Shown: piece after piece, positions 51,411-62,950 of the stretch
Numbering within the stretch: the stretch's first letter is position 1
Layout: each line of letters begins with the position of its first letter
Assembly: GCF_018977255.1 (NCBI RefSeq)
Contig: NW_024704742.1
Span: forward strand, 112,408,001-112,472,000
DNA from: Callorhinchus milii
Taxonomy: Eukaryota
Length of the DNA stretch: 64,000 bases
Reading direction: 5' to 3'
The notes under the pieces: generated by a model
Databases searched by the model: none
What the model was told of the DNA's origin: nothing
Seen by the model: the letters and a program-made list of their open reading frames with translations, nothing else
Program-made: the position numbers and the translations under genes

Positions 51411-54400
51411 AATAACAACTACAACTTGCACTTATATAGCATCCCAGAGCCCTTGAAAGTGGCAGAGCACAACAGTGGCGGAGCAAATAAGATGGGGACT
51501 CCAGCACATCATGTATTTTATATGCATATGGGTTCTCCAAGTCACACCCTTTCATATCCCCTCCAGAGTCCTGTCTCAAAAAAGTCCAAGGGGTTGCAGT
51601 GGATTGAGTGACCTGTACCTTTGTGGGCATTCTAGGTTATAACATAATAATCCTTGCATTTGATCCTTGCACCTTATCATGTTGCAATGCCTCAAAGTGC
51701 TTCACGATGTAGCATTTGCCCAGCACTGCATTGAAATGTCATCACCTAAACTATGAACTCAAAGCTCTGACATGGGGCTTAAACACACAACTTTCTGACT
51801 TGGCGGAGCAAGAGTGGGTTCAAATGGGCTGAAGGGCCTTATCAGCATCTCTCCTGTGATCAGAACAACAACAACGTTACATTTGTATAGCACCTTTCAT
51901 GTTGGGAGGACGTCCCAAGGTGCTGGACAGTGTACAGCATTTCAGACCCGAGCTGGGGTCGGGCGGGGGGGTGAGGGGGAAGAAGGGAGGGGAGGGAAAG
52001 GGTCTGGCTGATGGCATGGACGAAGAGGAGAGTCTTGAGGCGGGACTTGAAGGAGGCTAAGTTAGTTTGCTAACTTTTCAAAAGTTTACTAGTACCATTC
52101 CTACCTTTTTTGTATATTTCACTAAATACTCATCACAATATAACAGAAGGCAGCAAAGAGATTCAATAAGAAAGAAAAATCAGTTTTATTCGCATTTGGT
52201 TTATCACTTTTGACACTGGGAGGATTTAAAGGTAATAGAAAAAATCTCAGTAAGCAAGCACAATTTAACTAACACTTCAACAGCTACTTTTTACTACACA
52301 TTTCATTCAGGCAGCACTTGGACCAAATGGCTTAAGTCTTTAAAATACTTTAATTTTAGTTCTATTACACAAACTATCTTTTTTTACATCCTAATGGTAC
52401 ATCAATAATTCAATTCACTTCTACTGTCTCTCAATTATACACCAGATTTTTAATGAGAACTTCCACACTTAACTTGGCCAACGTTACTGTGGAACAATGC
52501 TCATAGAACATAAAATACAGGTTTTTACGCACAAATACGGTGCTGATCAATATTTGCAGAACCGGTTGAAGAAGTTCACTCCCTTGTAGCATCTGCACAG
52601 TAGATAGTACAGAACCGAAGCACCATTTGGCCCAACTCGTTTGTGCCACGTGAACAACCACCCATCCAAATCCCCTCTTCCTGCCCACCTTCCATTCTCC
52701 TCTGATCCCTTCTCCATTTTGCATTAGTGAGTTTGCATTTTCAAAGTACCTCTCTGTGTCAAGACCATTTCAAAGCACTTCACAGGTAACTACTGACAAG
52801 TGTAGTAACTTTTCAAAAGGCAAACCCAACAAGCACCAGCAAAATATCACAAATAACTATTAGTTGGTGCGATTATTGGTTTGGACACTGGAAGGAACAC
52901 AAATCAGTAACAAAGACTCTTGTCAGATCTTTTCCACCTGAAAACAGCAAGTCTGGCCTCTATTTCATCCAAAATGAAGCACCTCTGACAATGTATAAGC
53001 ACTCAGTGTGTCAGCAGAGATGATGTGCTTAAATGCCAACTTGGGGCTTAAATACAAATAGCTTTTGACCCAGAGGTAAACTAGTATTGTTAACTGAGTC
53101 AAACTAGTACACTGACTTTTTCAGAATTCAATTGTGTCCCACATTACTAATCTTTCAAACAAGAAAACACACAATCTACTGAAAAACTTGGTCACAGGTG
53201 CAGTCTATTTTAATACTTAAACCTCACCAGCCTTTTAATTGTACGATTATTCTCCCAAAACATTTCACAAAAACAAAACAAACAAAAAATTGGTGACTCA
53301 ATCCACAACTGTTTGTGGGGCACCACTGTGCTGCCGCATTTTGCCCACAAATATACACTCAGTTCATTTTACAGTACACTCTGAAGCGCGTTGAGACATC
53401 GAGAAGACTTGATAAGCGCTATATGAAATGCAAGGAAGGAAGGAAAACAACAAATTGCATTTGCATACAAAAAAACGAATGCAGCATCAATCACCGACCA
53501 CACGCACAATGAATGCACTGGGTGCTAAATCAGCTTGGGGGGTGCTTGCCGAGCCTTAATAATGAAAAACACACAATATATAATAATAATAATAATAATA
53601 ATCCTTGCATTTGATATAGCGCTTTTCACGTCAGGAGGACGTCCCAAAGCGCTTCACAGAACACACTGTAAAGTGAATTGACTGTATATTTGTGGGCAAA
53701 CGCGGCAGCCAATTGCGCACAGCAATGTCCCACAAACAGTATATGACCACAATAATAATAATAATAATACATGACCACAGCAGACACAACATCGCTGGTT
53801 TCAGCTGATCATGGTTTCCTCCTGCACTGTCCCAAATACACTTTTGGAGTCGGATTTCTCCAGTTCTCGGTGAATTCCACTATCAAAGGTGTACCTTGTG
53901 TGTGTGTGTGTGTGTGTTTGGGGGGAGGAGGGGGGGGTTCAATATAAAAAAAAGTCAAGTGCAACTGGATCCAAGATCAGCCGCCACCTCTGCTCATTAT
54001 AAAGGAAAGGGACTTATTCCCGATATATATATATATACATATACGCACACACACACACACACACACCACCAGGAGTGGGAGCAGGAAAATTCCTTCAACT
54101 CCTGGGGTATCTATCGCGGAATACGAACGAAGGAGAAACCTCCCCCGATGCCGACAACTGCTGAGCGTTGCGATCTTTCCTAATGTACATTCCCCCCCCA
54201 ACCCCCCCACCAAAAAAAAAAGTGGGTTTTAAACGAACGAACGAGTGCGCGTTTCTCTGCTCTTTCCGTAAAACGGGGGGAAGCTTGAGGTGGGAATGGG
54301 ATTGGGACGGGGCTTGAGATGCGATGAAAGAAAAAGGGGCGAAGGCCGCGGGACTCGCTCTTTGTTCTCGCCAACCCCTCCCCTCCCCTCCCCTCGACAC

Positions 54401-54452
54401 CGGTGACCGGCCGAGCCGAGCCGAGCCGCCCTCCCTCGGCGCTTGTACTCAC

Positions 54453-54789
54453 TGGTTAGTCGGCGGCGCGGTGAGCGGGATCTCCACCTCTTCTTCTTCG
54501 TACTCGTGACCGTCGAAGGAGTCCACCTCGTCCGGGAGTAAAGGCAGGGCGGCGGCGGCGGCGGCGGGGCGGCGGCGGCTGTTGTTGACGCCGCCGCCGC
54601 CACCGCCACAGGCACAAGGGTGGGGAAGGCCGGGGCCGCACAGGAGGAGTCGGTGTCCGGGCCTAACTCCGACACTCTGGGCAGCGGCGGCGGGTGAAAA
54701 GAAACCCTCTCTCCAGCTCCGCCGTGGTCACCGGCGGCAGCAGCAACAACGGCCGCCGACAGGCACTCGCTGCCGACTTCCGCCGCCAT
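54453..54789 (-). CDS. RASA1: RASA1 exon 1 (Ala/Pro-rich N-terminus to PTNQ); apparent 1-nt frameshift near 54547-54570
   Basis: ATG at 54789 gives MAAEVGSE (human MMAAEAGSE). A different frame gives LPLLPDEVDSFDGHEYEEEEVEIPLTAPPTNQ (human DEGDSLDGPEYEEEEVAIPLTAPPTNQ), ending at donor AACCA|GTGAGT in phase 2, which matches exon 2. Confidence 0.9.
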
Positions 54790-54809
54790 CACGATTTTTC
54801 AACACAACC

Positions 54810-54810
<1 letters not shown>

Positions 54811-54840
<30 letters not shown>
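54811..54840. repeat. (AC)15 microsatellite 21 nt upstream of the RASA1 ATG
   Basis: Read directly. Further (TG)n at 53897-53917 and (TA)n(CA)n at about 54023-54066. Confidence 0.95.
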
Positions 54841-54845
<5 letters not shown>

Positions 54846-57800
54846 CCCCCCTCGACAGAGCGAAACGAAGTAAATGGCGGTGGGGAGTCGTGGGGGGAAA
54901 TAAAACCGCGAGCTCAGCGAGGAGCCGGGAGAGAGGAGCTCATGACTTGACGGAGCCGCTCTCTGCGGCCGGGGAGGGGGAGGGGGGGAGAGGAGGGGAG
55001 AGGGGAGGGCGCCGCAAACTTCAGTCCAATCTCTCGCTTCGATCGTTTTTTTTCCTCTCCCTCTCTCTCCTCTTCCAACTGCCGCGCGTCCGCACGCAAG
55101 CACGCGCGCGCGCGCGCACTCGCTCCTCTCTCTCTATCTCGCGCGCGCACGCTCGCGCCCCCCCGCTTCCCCGAGCGCGCATGCGCCCTCTCGCCCGCCC
55201 GGTGGTGGGGTGGTCGACTTGTCAAGACAAGCGCGCGGCGCGTGCGCTGCTTCCTCCCGCGCTCAAAGCGGCTCGAGCCGCCCAGCGAGCGGTCGCGCGC
55301 TGCCAGTCCCGGACGCACAATGGGTTCCGCCCCCCCCCCCCCCCGCACGCGCGCCTCTGCCTCGCCTGTCACTCACAAACCCCAGAGAAAGCAATAACTC
55401 TGGCATTTGATACAGCGCCTTCGTCACGCCTTCGAGACGTCTCAGAGCGCTCCGCAGGAGCATACCGTGAAATGGACCGACTGCATGTTCTGCGGGAGAA
55501 TCGCGGCAGCCGATCGAAGGCAATTCCCTCTCTCCCACACCCACCCCCACCCCACCCACATCTCACCCACGGCCATCGCCGCCGGCCCCGCCCGGCTCTC
55601 GATTCCAACTGCTTTGTGGAGCAAACCCTCGGTGCTTCCCGTTCAGGCTTTGGAAATTGGTTGCGAATTCAAAGGGCATTCCCTCACTGGCCGGCAATCC
55701 GCTCAGTCAGACACAGATATGTAATTTCACTTTGTGGGACACCGCCAATGCGCAAATCGGCTGCCACATTCCCCCGTAAATGTGGGCACAGTCGAAGAGG
55801 AAGGTCTTCAGATGAACTTGAAGGAGGCAACGGGTTGAGTTGTAGGGATTGCAGGATAGAGTTCCAGAGTGTGGGGGGAGAGATGCTGAATGCCCGACCA
55901 CCAATGGTGGGTTGGGAAGTGCCCGGGATGTTTACCCCTCTCTACACTTTTAACCCCTGCTGTAAGATCTTTAGGTTATTCCCCCTTTCCTGCAGACCAC
56001 TGAGAACTTCCATCTATCCAAATTCCCTATCCCATTACCATACTCCTCAATTCCCTTGGCAAGACTCACAATTAGCTGTGTGTGACACTTTGAATCATCC
56101 TCCCAATGTGAAAGGTGCTATATAAATCTAAGTTATTGTTGCCTAAAACAGAATCAGGGAGAGGTAATATCAGGGTAGCTGAGAGCTCACCTGAGAAACC
56201 TGCTGCCTAGGATGGACTGTAAACGAGTTACGTACAGCACCAAAACATGTTATTCAGCCCAATCTAGCTTCTGTTAATACCCCACATCCATCTATCCAAA
56301 TTCCCAACCCTATTACCATACTCCTCAATTCCCTTGTCAAGGCTCACAACTCGTTTTGAGTGACACTGTATCCTTTTCAAATTTTTAAATAAAAATAATT
56401 TATTTTTGACGCCTGTCTCAATAGTAATAAATGCAAGGCACAGATCATTTCCAGCCTGTCATTTTTTATGTTTGTGAATCTCACTAGTTCTTCGTTGTCA
56501 GCAGCCCTTCGGTACTTTAACAAGTTTCATAAGTGAATTGTAAGTATTGGCTAATGCAATAAACCTCAACATCCTCATTTATTTTTACCTCGCTCCTCAT
56601 GCTAATCACCGGCAGCCTGCTGATAATATGGAAAACATTTTCAATTTATGTAAATTTGTGCTAAACGTTTGAAGTTATAAAAGACACTTTATTTGGGGAC
56701 TCATATCATGCAATCACTGAACTTTAATTTCTAAGTAATATAATCAATACAAAACTGTAGAGTCTAGCATGCTATCGTCCCTAATTTAGTATTCTCTGAA
56801 AAAAGGAAACTGGGCTATTTTCAGGTAGATTGTGAAAATTACTCATAATAAGACAAACCACAAATGAATGACACAATACTAGGCTTATCTGGAAAGGTGG
56901 ATATATGATTTATAAAACTATTTTTAAATTGTGTGTCAGCCTGGTTCAGTTGATAGCACTTGCACAGAAGGTTTGGGGGTAAGCACTTATGGATAAAAAT
57001 CAACAGAATAAATAATAACAACAATAAATTGATCACTTCAATCCACGACTGTTTGTGGGGCACTGCTGTGTGCAATTGGCTGCCATTTGTTGCCCACAAA
57101 ATATACAGTCAGTTCACTTTACAGTATATTCTGTGAAGAGCTTTGAGACGTCTTGAAGATGTGATAAGGCGCTATATCAAATGCAAGGACTATTATTATA
57201 ACAATTGGGACTGATGTCCCTTGTGGATAAAGAGAGGTTGACAATGTCAGTCAGCAGAGGGCCACCAAGGTGATATGTTTGGCAACGGAATGTGAGAATA
57301 AAGCACACCCTCTGCGGCAGTCTTGGTTAGTCCAGTTCCTGAGCCAGGTGGGTCCGCAGTATTCCAGGGCACTGCTGATCATAGCACAACCAGGCTGGGT
57401 CATCGGCAGGACTTGGAAGGCAGACCAGCCACTGGAGCAGCAACTCTTCCCACTCAGCTTCCATTAACCATTCAAGCCAAAGCCCTAATGGTTAGGATAT
57501 CCTAGCTGGACAAGCAACAGGAAAGCTTGCCACCCAGTACTGCCAATGGCAAGCTATGGGGTTTTAGTTGGTTTGACTCCAGCAGTACTCCAACTCACAC
57601 TCTGAGGTCTCCAAGCCTTGGCTTTTGCAATTTGCACCTGATACTTTGGAATTGAAAGGATTAGTTGAGGTACAGATCAGCCATGATCTAATTAAATGGC
57701 GGAACAGGCTTAAAGGGCTGACAGGCCTCCCCCATTTCCCTTAAATAATATATATATATTATTTACGTATTACTAAGGATTGCAAAAACAGGCTAACCGT

Positions 57801-57897
57801 GACACCAGAATTTCCATTCTTGTGCTGGTGGGAAAAAAATTCTCATTGGAAAATATGCACTAGCAAACATAAGGCTTTATTTTGCACATTATGCTCT

Positions 57898-59156
57898 CAA
57901 CAACAACAACAAGATTACATTTGTATAGCACCTTTCACGTCAGGCGGACGTCCCAAGGTGCTGGACAGTGTACAGCGTTCCAGACCCGAGCTGGGGTCGG
58001 ATGGGGAGAAGGGAGGGGAGGGAAAGGAGGGTGGCCGATGGCAGGGTCAAAGAGGAGGGTTTTGAGGAGGGACTTGAAGGAAGCTAAGGAGGGGGTGAGG
58101 TGGAGTGATTGGGGGATGGAATTACAGAGGTTGGGGGTAGAGTGGCTGAAGACGTGGAGCAGCCAGAGTCGGCTGAGCGGAGGGAACGGGCAGGTTGGTG
58201 GGAGGTTAGAAGGTTGCAGAGGTAGGGTGGGGTGAGGCCATGGAAGGCTTTGTAGGTGAGGACCAGGATCTTGAACTGGATCCTCTGAAGGATAGGGAGT
58301 CAATGGAGTCAGGCGAGAACGGGGGAGATGGGGTCACGGGGTTTGGTGCGGGAGAGGACACGGGCTGCAGTGTTCTGGATTATCTGCAGCCTGTGGAGGG
58401 AGGAGTTGGGAAGGCCGACAAGCAGGGCATTTGCATAGTCGGGCCTGGAGGTGATGAAGGCATGAACAAGAGTTTCAGCGGCCTGAGGGGTGAGGTAGTG
58501 GCAGAGTCGGGCGATGTTACGGAGGTGAGGGAAGGCAGAGCGGGTCATGGCTTGGATGTGGGGAAGAAAAGACAGTTGAGGGTCGAACAAGACACCTAGG
58601 CTCCTGACTGGCTTGGGGAGTTGTAGTGTGCAACCATGGAGGTTGATGCTACCAGAGCCTGAGGTGCAGAGGCGCTGACGTGAGCCAATCAGGAGGGCCT
58701 CAGTCTTGTTCACATTCAACTGTAGGAAATTTGTCCTCATCCAGGACTTGATGTCCGACAGGCAGTCTGTCAGGACAGCAGTGGTCCTGGAGTTGAGGGT
58801 GGAGGCAGAAAGATAGAGTTGGGTGTCATCCACATACATGTGGAAGTTGACCCATGTCTGCGGATGATGTCACCGAGGGGGAGTATGTAGATATTAAAGA
58901 GGAGAGGGCCAAGGACAGAGCCCTGGGGGACGCCAGATGTGACAGTGCGGGGGCTGGAGGAGAAACCGTTGGAGGCAACAAAGTGGAGACAGTGAGAGAG
59001 ATAGGATTCGATCCAGGCAAGGGCAGGTCCGCGAAGGTTAAGTGAAGGGGAGAGGTGCTGTATGAGGATGGAGTGGTCAACATTGTCGAAGGCGACAGAG
59101 AGGTCGAGGAGGACAAGGAGGCAGAGGGAGCCCTGATCACAGATGTTCAGAATGTC
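57898..59156 (-). mobile_element. 5'-truncated L2 LINE
   Basis: [26 protein letters not shown]; stem-loop and (TTG)n tail. Confidence 0.93.
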
Positions 59157-59609
59157 AGTATACATACAGAGAGCAAACAGTATGACATATTTTTCCATTT
59201 GTGGAAAAATGTAGGATCATAGAAGAAACAAAATAACATTACACCTATAATAGTCCAGGTTTGATTTAATTCACAATTGTGAAAGAAAAAAGTAGCTAAC
59301 CTGTGGTGCTTATGAATCTCATTTCCATTTCACACTACAGTAAAACCATTTTAAAGCCATTTGATTTCCTATAACATTGTGGATAAATGCAAAGTTGGCA
59401 ATAATAACATTGACTTTCATTGTAAAATAGCCAAATGTAAATGTGAAATGTAAAAGCAGGAGAATGGCTATGGCGTGATTATAGATTTCTTTATTGTTAC
59501 AAAAGTCCCCCTGGTGTGACATGGTTGTAAACATGGTGAACACATGTTGAGAACAATTTACCAGCAACACAAATTCCAAGGCTAAAAAGATGACATTGAG
59601 TCTATATAT

Positions 59610-59930
59610 TTCCCAGGGACTCAGTGGTTTTGTGTCTTTCCCTTCTGAGTCCCATGTTTTAATCCACTGTAAAATAATGGGATAAAAGCTTTCTCTTTCT
59701 GCTGACTACGGACTCTTAGATACGAACAATTTCAATTCAGTTCCAAGTGGGCATTGATCCACAACAGAAAACCGCCAACAATTTGGCAACATTAAATTAT
59801 AAATCTTGCTTCAAGCTGGCTGATATGAGAAGTGGGAAATATCCCACTGGTGTAGTGGTGTTCTTCTGTGGTAAGAGTTAAAGCATATTATTATTATTAG
59901 CAGGACCATTAGTGTCTGATGCCAGGACTT
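59610..59930 (+). mobile_element. Ancient SINE, LF-SINE-like
   Basis: CAGTTCCAAGTGGGCA..TCCACAACAGAAAACCGCCAACAATTTGGCA resembles the recalled LF-SINE core; relatives at 60820-61150 and 40700-40965. Confidence 0.5.
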
Positions 59931-61582
59931 CTAAATTTAATGCTGTTATTTTTATGCACATTTTTAATATGAACATTTTTGGCAGGACCAATTAATTATA
60001 AAAATATAACAAAGCCTGCTATTTTTCTGATAATTTTCAAATGTTCCCACTCCTTATTGTAGCTGAAAACGGGACAATGTTGGACAGTTAATTCCTGAAC
60101 ATAAATCTCTACCGAATGTCAAATTCTGTTTATAGCATCACAGTTTTCTCCCTCAATCAGATTGTATTTACCTATCATCAGATTGTGCATTCATGGCAGA
60201 ATAGCCTCAGCATTACAGTGGTACACTGTAGCTGTACTATATACTAGAAAGGGCATAGTCATTGCTCTGAGTCAGCCACACCCTGTATGCTTGTCGGGAT
60301 CTGCTAATAGAATAGCATTAGGCATGGCCTGACAGGATGTTGCCTACACACCTTTATTGGCCAGGGGATGGACTGTGTGTGAGAGAAAGCGAATAACAAT
60401 ACATATATACTGTGTACTATTAGATCGATATGCAGTTAATTCACTTTACAGTATATTCTATGATTGCTTTGAGACATCTGGAAGACGTGATAAGGCGCTA
60501 TATCAAATGCAAATATCATTATTATTTCACTACGAAAATGCTAACATTATAATAATAATCCTTGCATTTGATATTGCGTTTTATCATGTTTTCGAGACGT
60601 CTCAAAGCGCTGCATAGAATATAATGTAAAGTGAATTGACTGCATATTTTGTGGGCGAAATGCAGCAATCAATTGTGCACAGCAGTGTCCCACAAACAGT
60701 CGGAGATTGAAGTGACCAATTTTTTTTTGAAGGAATTATTACCCCCGGAAAAGCGATCCGCCAATTGACTAACAACCAGACACGGTTGCTGTTTAGGTAA
60801 ACAGGCCATTAAAGACCATTACATAATATTGGGTTGTGTAATGGCTTTCATTTTGAGAACTGGGTTCACATCCAGCCCAAACTGTTGGGATGAAAGTTTT
60901 CTCTTCCAATGGCTGTAAGAATCCTGACTGGTCTAAATCCAGTTCTAAATAGGTTCACAGTAAAACAATTCATTTACTACTAAATTTGTAATCTCAAACA
61001 GAGGATGGTGATCTAACAGGTGGAATACAGGATGTCCTTCTGACGTTAGTGTATATTAGAGGGCGTTTTGCTCAGTGGTCATAACAGCTGGCTGTGAGTT
61101 CTTAATGTTGATGACGGGTGTCCAAAAAACAAAACGTTCTATTTCCTAGGGTTAAAATATATTTTTTTAAAAAAACAGAACTGTTGGGAATCCACTGCGG
61201 GTCAATCAGCATCTGAAAGAGGAAAATATATTAATGTTTCAGGTAATTCCTTTAACTGTTAACGTTTCCTTTATTTATCTTTCTTGGTTTGGTAATTGCA
61301 GTATTCACAAAAATGAGTTTTGTTAAAAGAAAAGGTAATATTAAACATAACTTCATAACAATTACAGCTAAAGTATACATTAAATTGATCTCCATTTTCC
61401 CTGCTCAGTGCTCACTACTATATTTGTAAAACACTTTAAGACTTTATTTCTATGTGAAAGTTGTTATACAAATGCAAGTTGTTATGTATCTTTATCACAG
61501 TGAACTAATCGTATGTCAGTTATATAAACTAAAGAATACACACAGCAATGTCCCACAAACAGCCAAGATGTACGTAACTCAT

Positions 61583-61889
61583 ATAATAATAATAATAATC
61601 CTTGCATTTGATATAGCGCTTTTCACGTCGGGAGGACGTCCCAAAGCGCCTCACAGAACACACTGTAAAGTGAATTGACTGTATATTTGTGGGCGAACGA
61701 GGCAGCAGTGTCCCACAAACAGTCGTAGATTGAAAATGACCAATTTATTATTGTTTCTTGGTTTTTGGAGGGATTATTATTAGGCGTGTGGAGTAAGGAA
61801 ACTTGCCCAAGGTTTCGCCCTGCCTGGAATTGAACTCAGGTCTCTCGCTTGCAAAGTGAGTGCTCTAACCACTGAGCTACAGGACTCCA
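61583..61889 (-). mobile_element. Young SINE copy
   Basis: Same family with a short core deletion; a 5'-truncated copy lies at 53580-53740. Confidence 0.9.
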
Positions 61890-62609
61890 CATTAGATTAG
61901 ATAACATCTCCATATAACAGTGATATAAAAATGACAAAATGTTAACCACTAACCATTTGGAACTGGACCTTTTTAATTCAAATTACTGACTTAAAGCTCT
62001 GTTATAATCAACAATCTTTATACAATAACAGAACTGGGGAATAATATAATTTCTTCAGAATGTGTTTCACCTGCATGGTAATAGTCAGAATACTACCCAT
62101 GTCCCTTAAAATCTCAGCATTCAATTTGTAATTCATCAAGAATAGTTGTTGAGAATTTATATATCTTGAATTTAAATGTTTTTATCAACCATGGAACTAG
62201 GAAAAGTCCAGAATTCTGTTACCCAGTCTGTAACTAACCATTAAGTTAGTTAACTTGACTGATAACATTAAGACTAGATTGTAGCATTCAGCAAACTTTA
62301 TCTGACAGTCAAACTTTGATAATACAGCACTCACTATCAAATGCAGATTGAATCAATCTAGTCTACTGAATGTGGCATAACATTTCCTTTGTGGCATAGC
62401 ATTTCCTTTGCTTTTATTTGTATCATGGTTTAAGGGCAAATCATAAAATTGGGTCTCCAGCTGATAAAATATAGAGCTTCCTTTTTCTGATTTTTTAAAA
62501 ATAATGTAAAGTTTTTTATGAACTTTGTTTTAGAGTCAGTGGGGTCTGGCATGCCCACTATATTTATTATCTTTAGCAAGTTTTTTTTTATCAGACTTTT
62601 AACTCACTA

Positions 62610-62950
62610 TTCCTGGCTCAGTCCGTAGAACTCCCACCTCTGGGTCAGAATGATGTGGTTTCAAGCCCAATATCAGGAATTGATCTCATAGTCCAAAACT
62701 CAGTCCAAACTCAGTCATACTCCATATTAGTACCGATAGAGGGCTGTATTATCAGAGGTGCTGTCCTTCGGATGATATATTAAGGTTCTGCCTGCCTGTT
62801 CTTCAGGTGAATCTCATGGCACAATTCAAAAAGATAAGGAAGATTTCTAGCCAGATGTCATGGGCTGCTGGGTTTTCCTGCAAAACCAGTGACTGCAATT
62901 GACATTAATTATTGTGGACTGCTTTGAAATGTTATAGGTGCTATAAAAAA
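62610..62950 (+). mobile_element. Old DeuSINE (SacSINE1/AmnSINE1-like)
   Basis: tRNA-like head, then CAGAGGTGCTGTCCTTCGGATGATATATTAA and CATGGCACAATTCAAAAAG, resembling the Deu domain as recalled. Related copies at 20190-20470 (+), 41310-41620 (+), 52760-53105 (-) and 1510-1660 (-). Confidence 0.7.

Larger units (their letters stand above)
54330..55620. promoter_or_regulatory. CpG island / RASA1 promoter
   Basis: Abrupt GC- and CpG-rich block in AT-rich surroundings, spanning exon 1. Contains NRF1-type palindrome GCGCATGCGC (55177-55186), ETS-like CCGCTTCC (55163-55170), YY1-like AAATGGCGG (54872-54880) and a (CG)n run at about 55102-55117. Confidence 0.85.

Noticed and set aside
27193..54452. 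Alternative first exon for a p100-like isoform in intron 1
   Set aside because: No candidate with ATG plus a phase-2 donor that I could support by eye; needs RNA-seq.
54890..56125. 411-aa plus-strand ORF divergent from RASA1
   Set aside because: Low-complexity Arg/Ala/Pro/Gly translation of a stop-poor CpG island that runs through SINE and L2 remnants; no domain seen. A non-coding divergent transcript remains possible.
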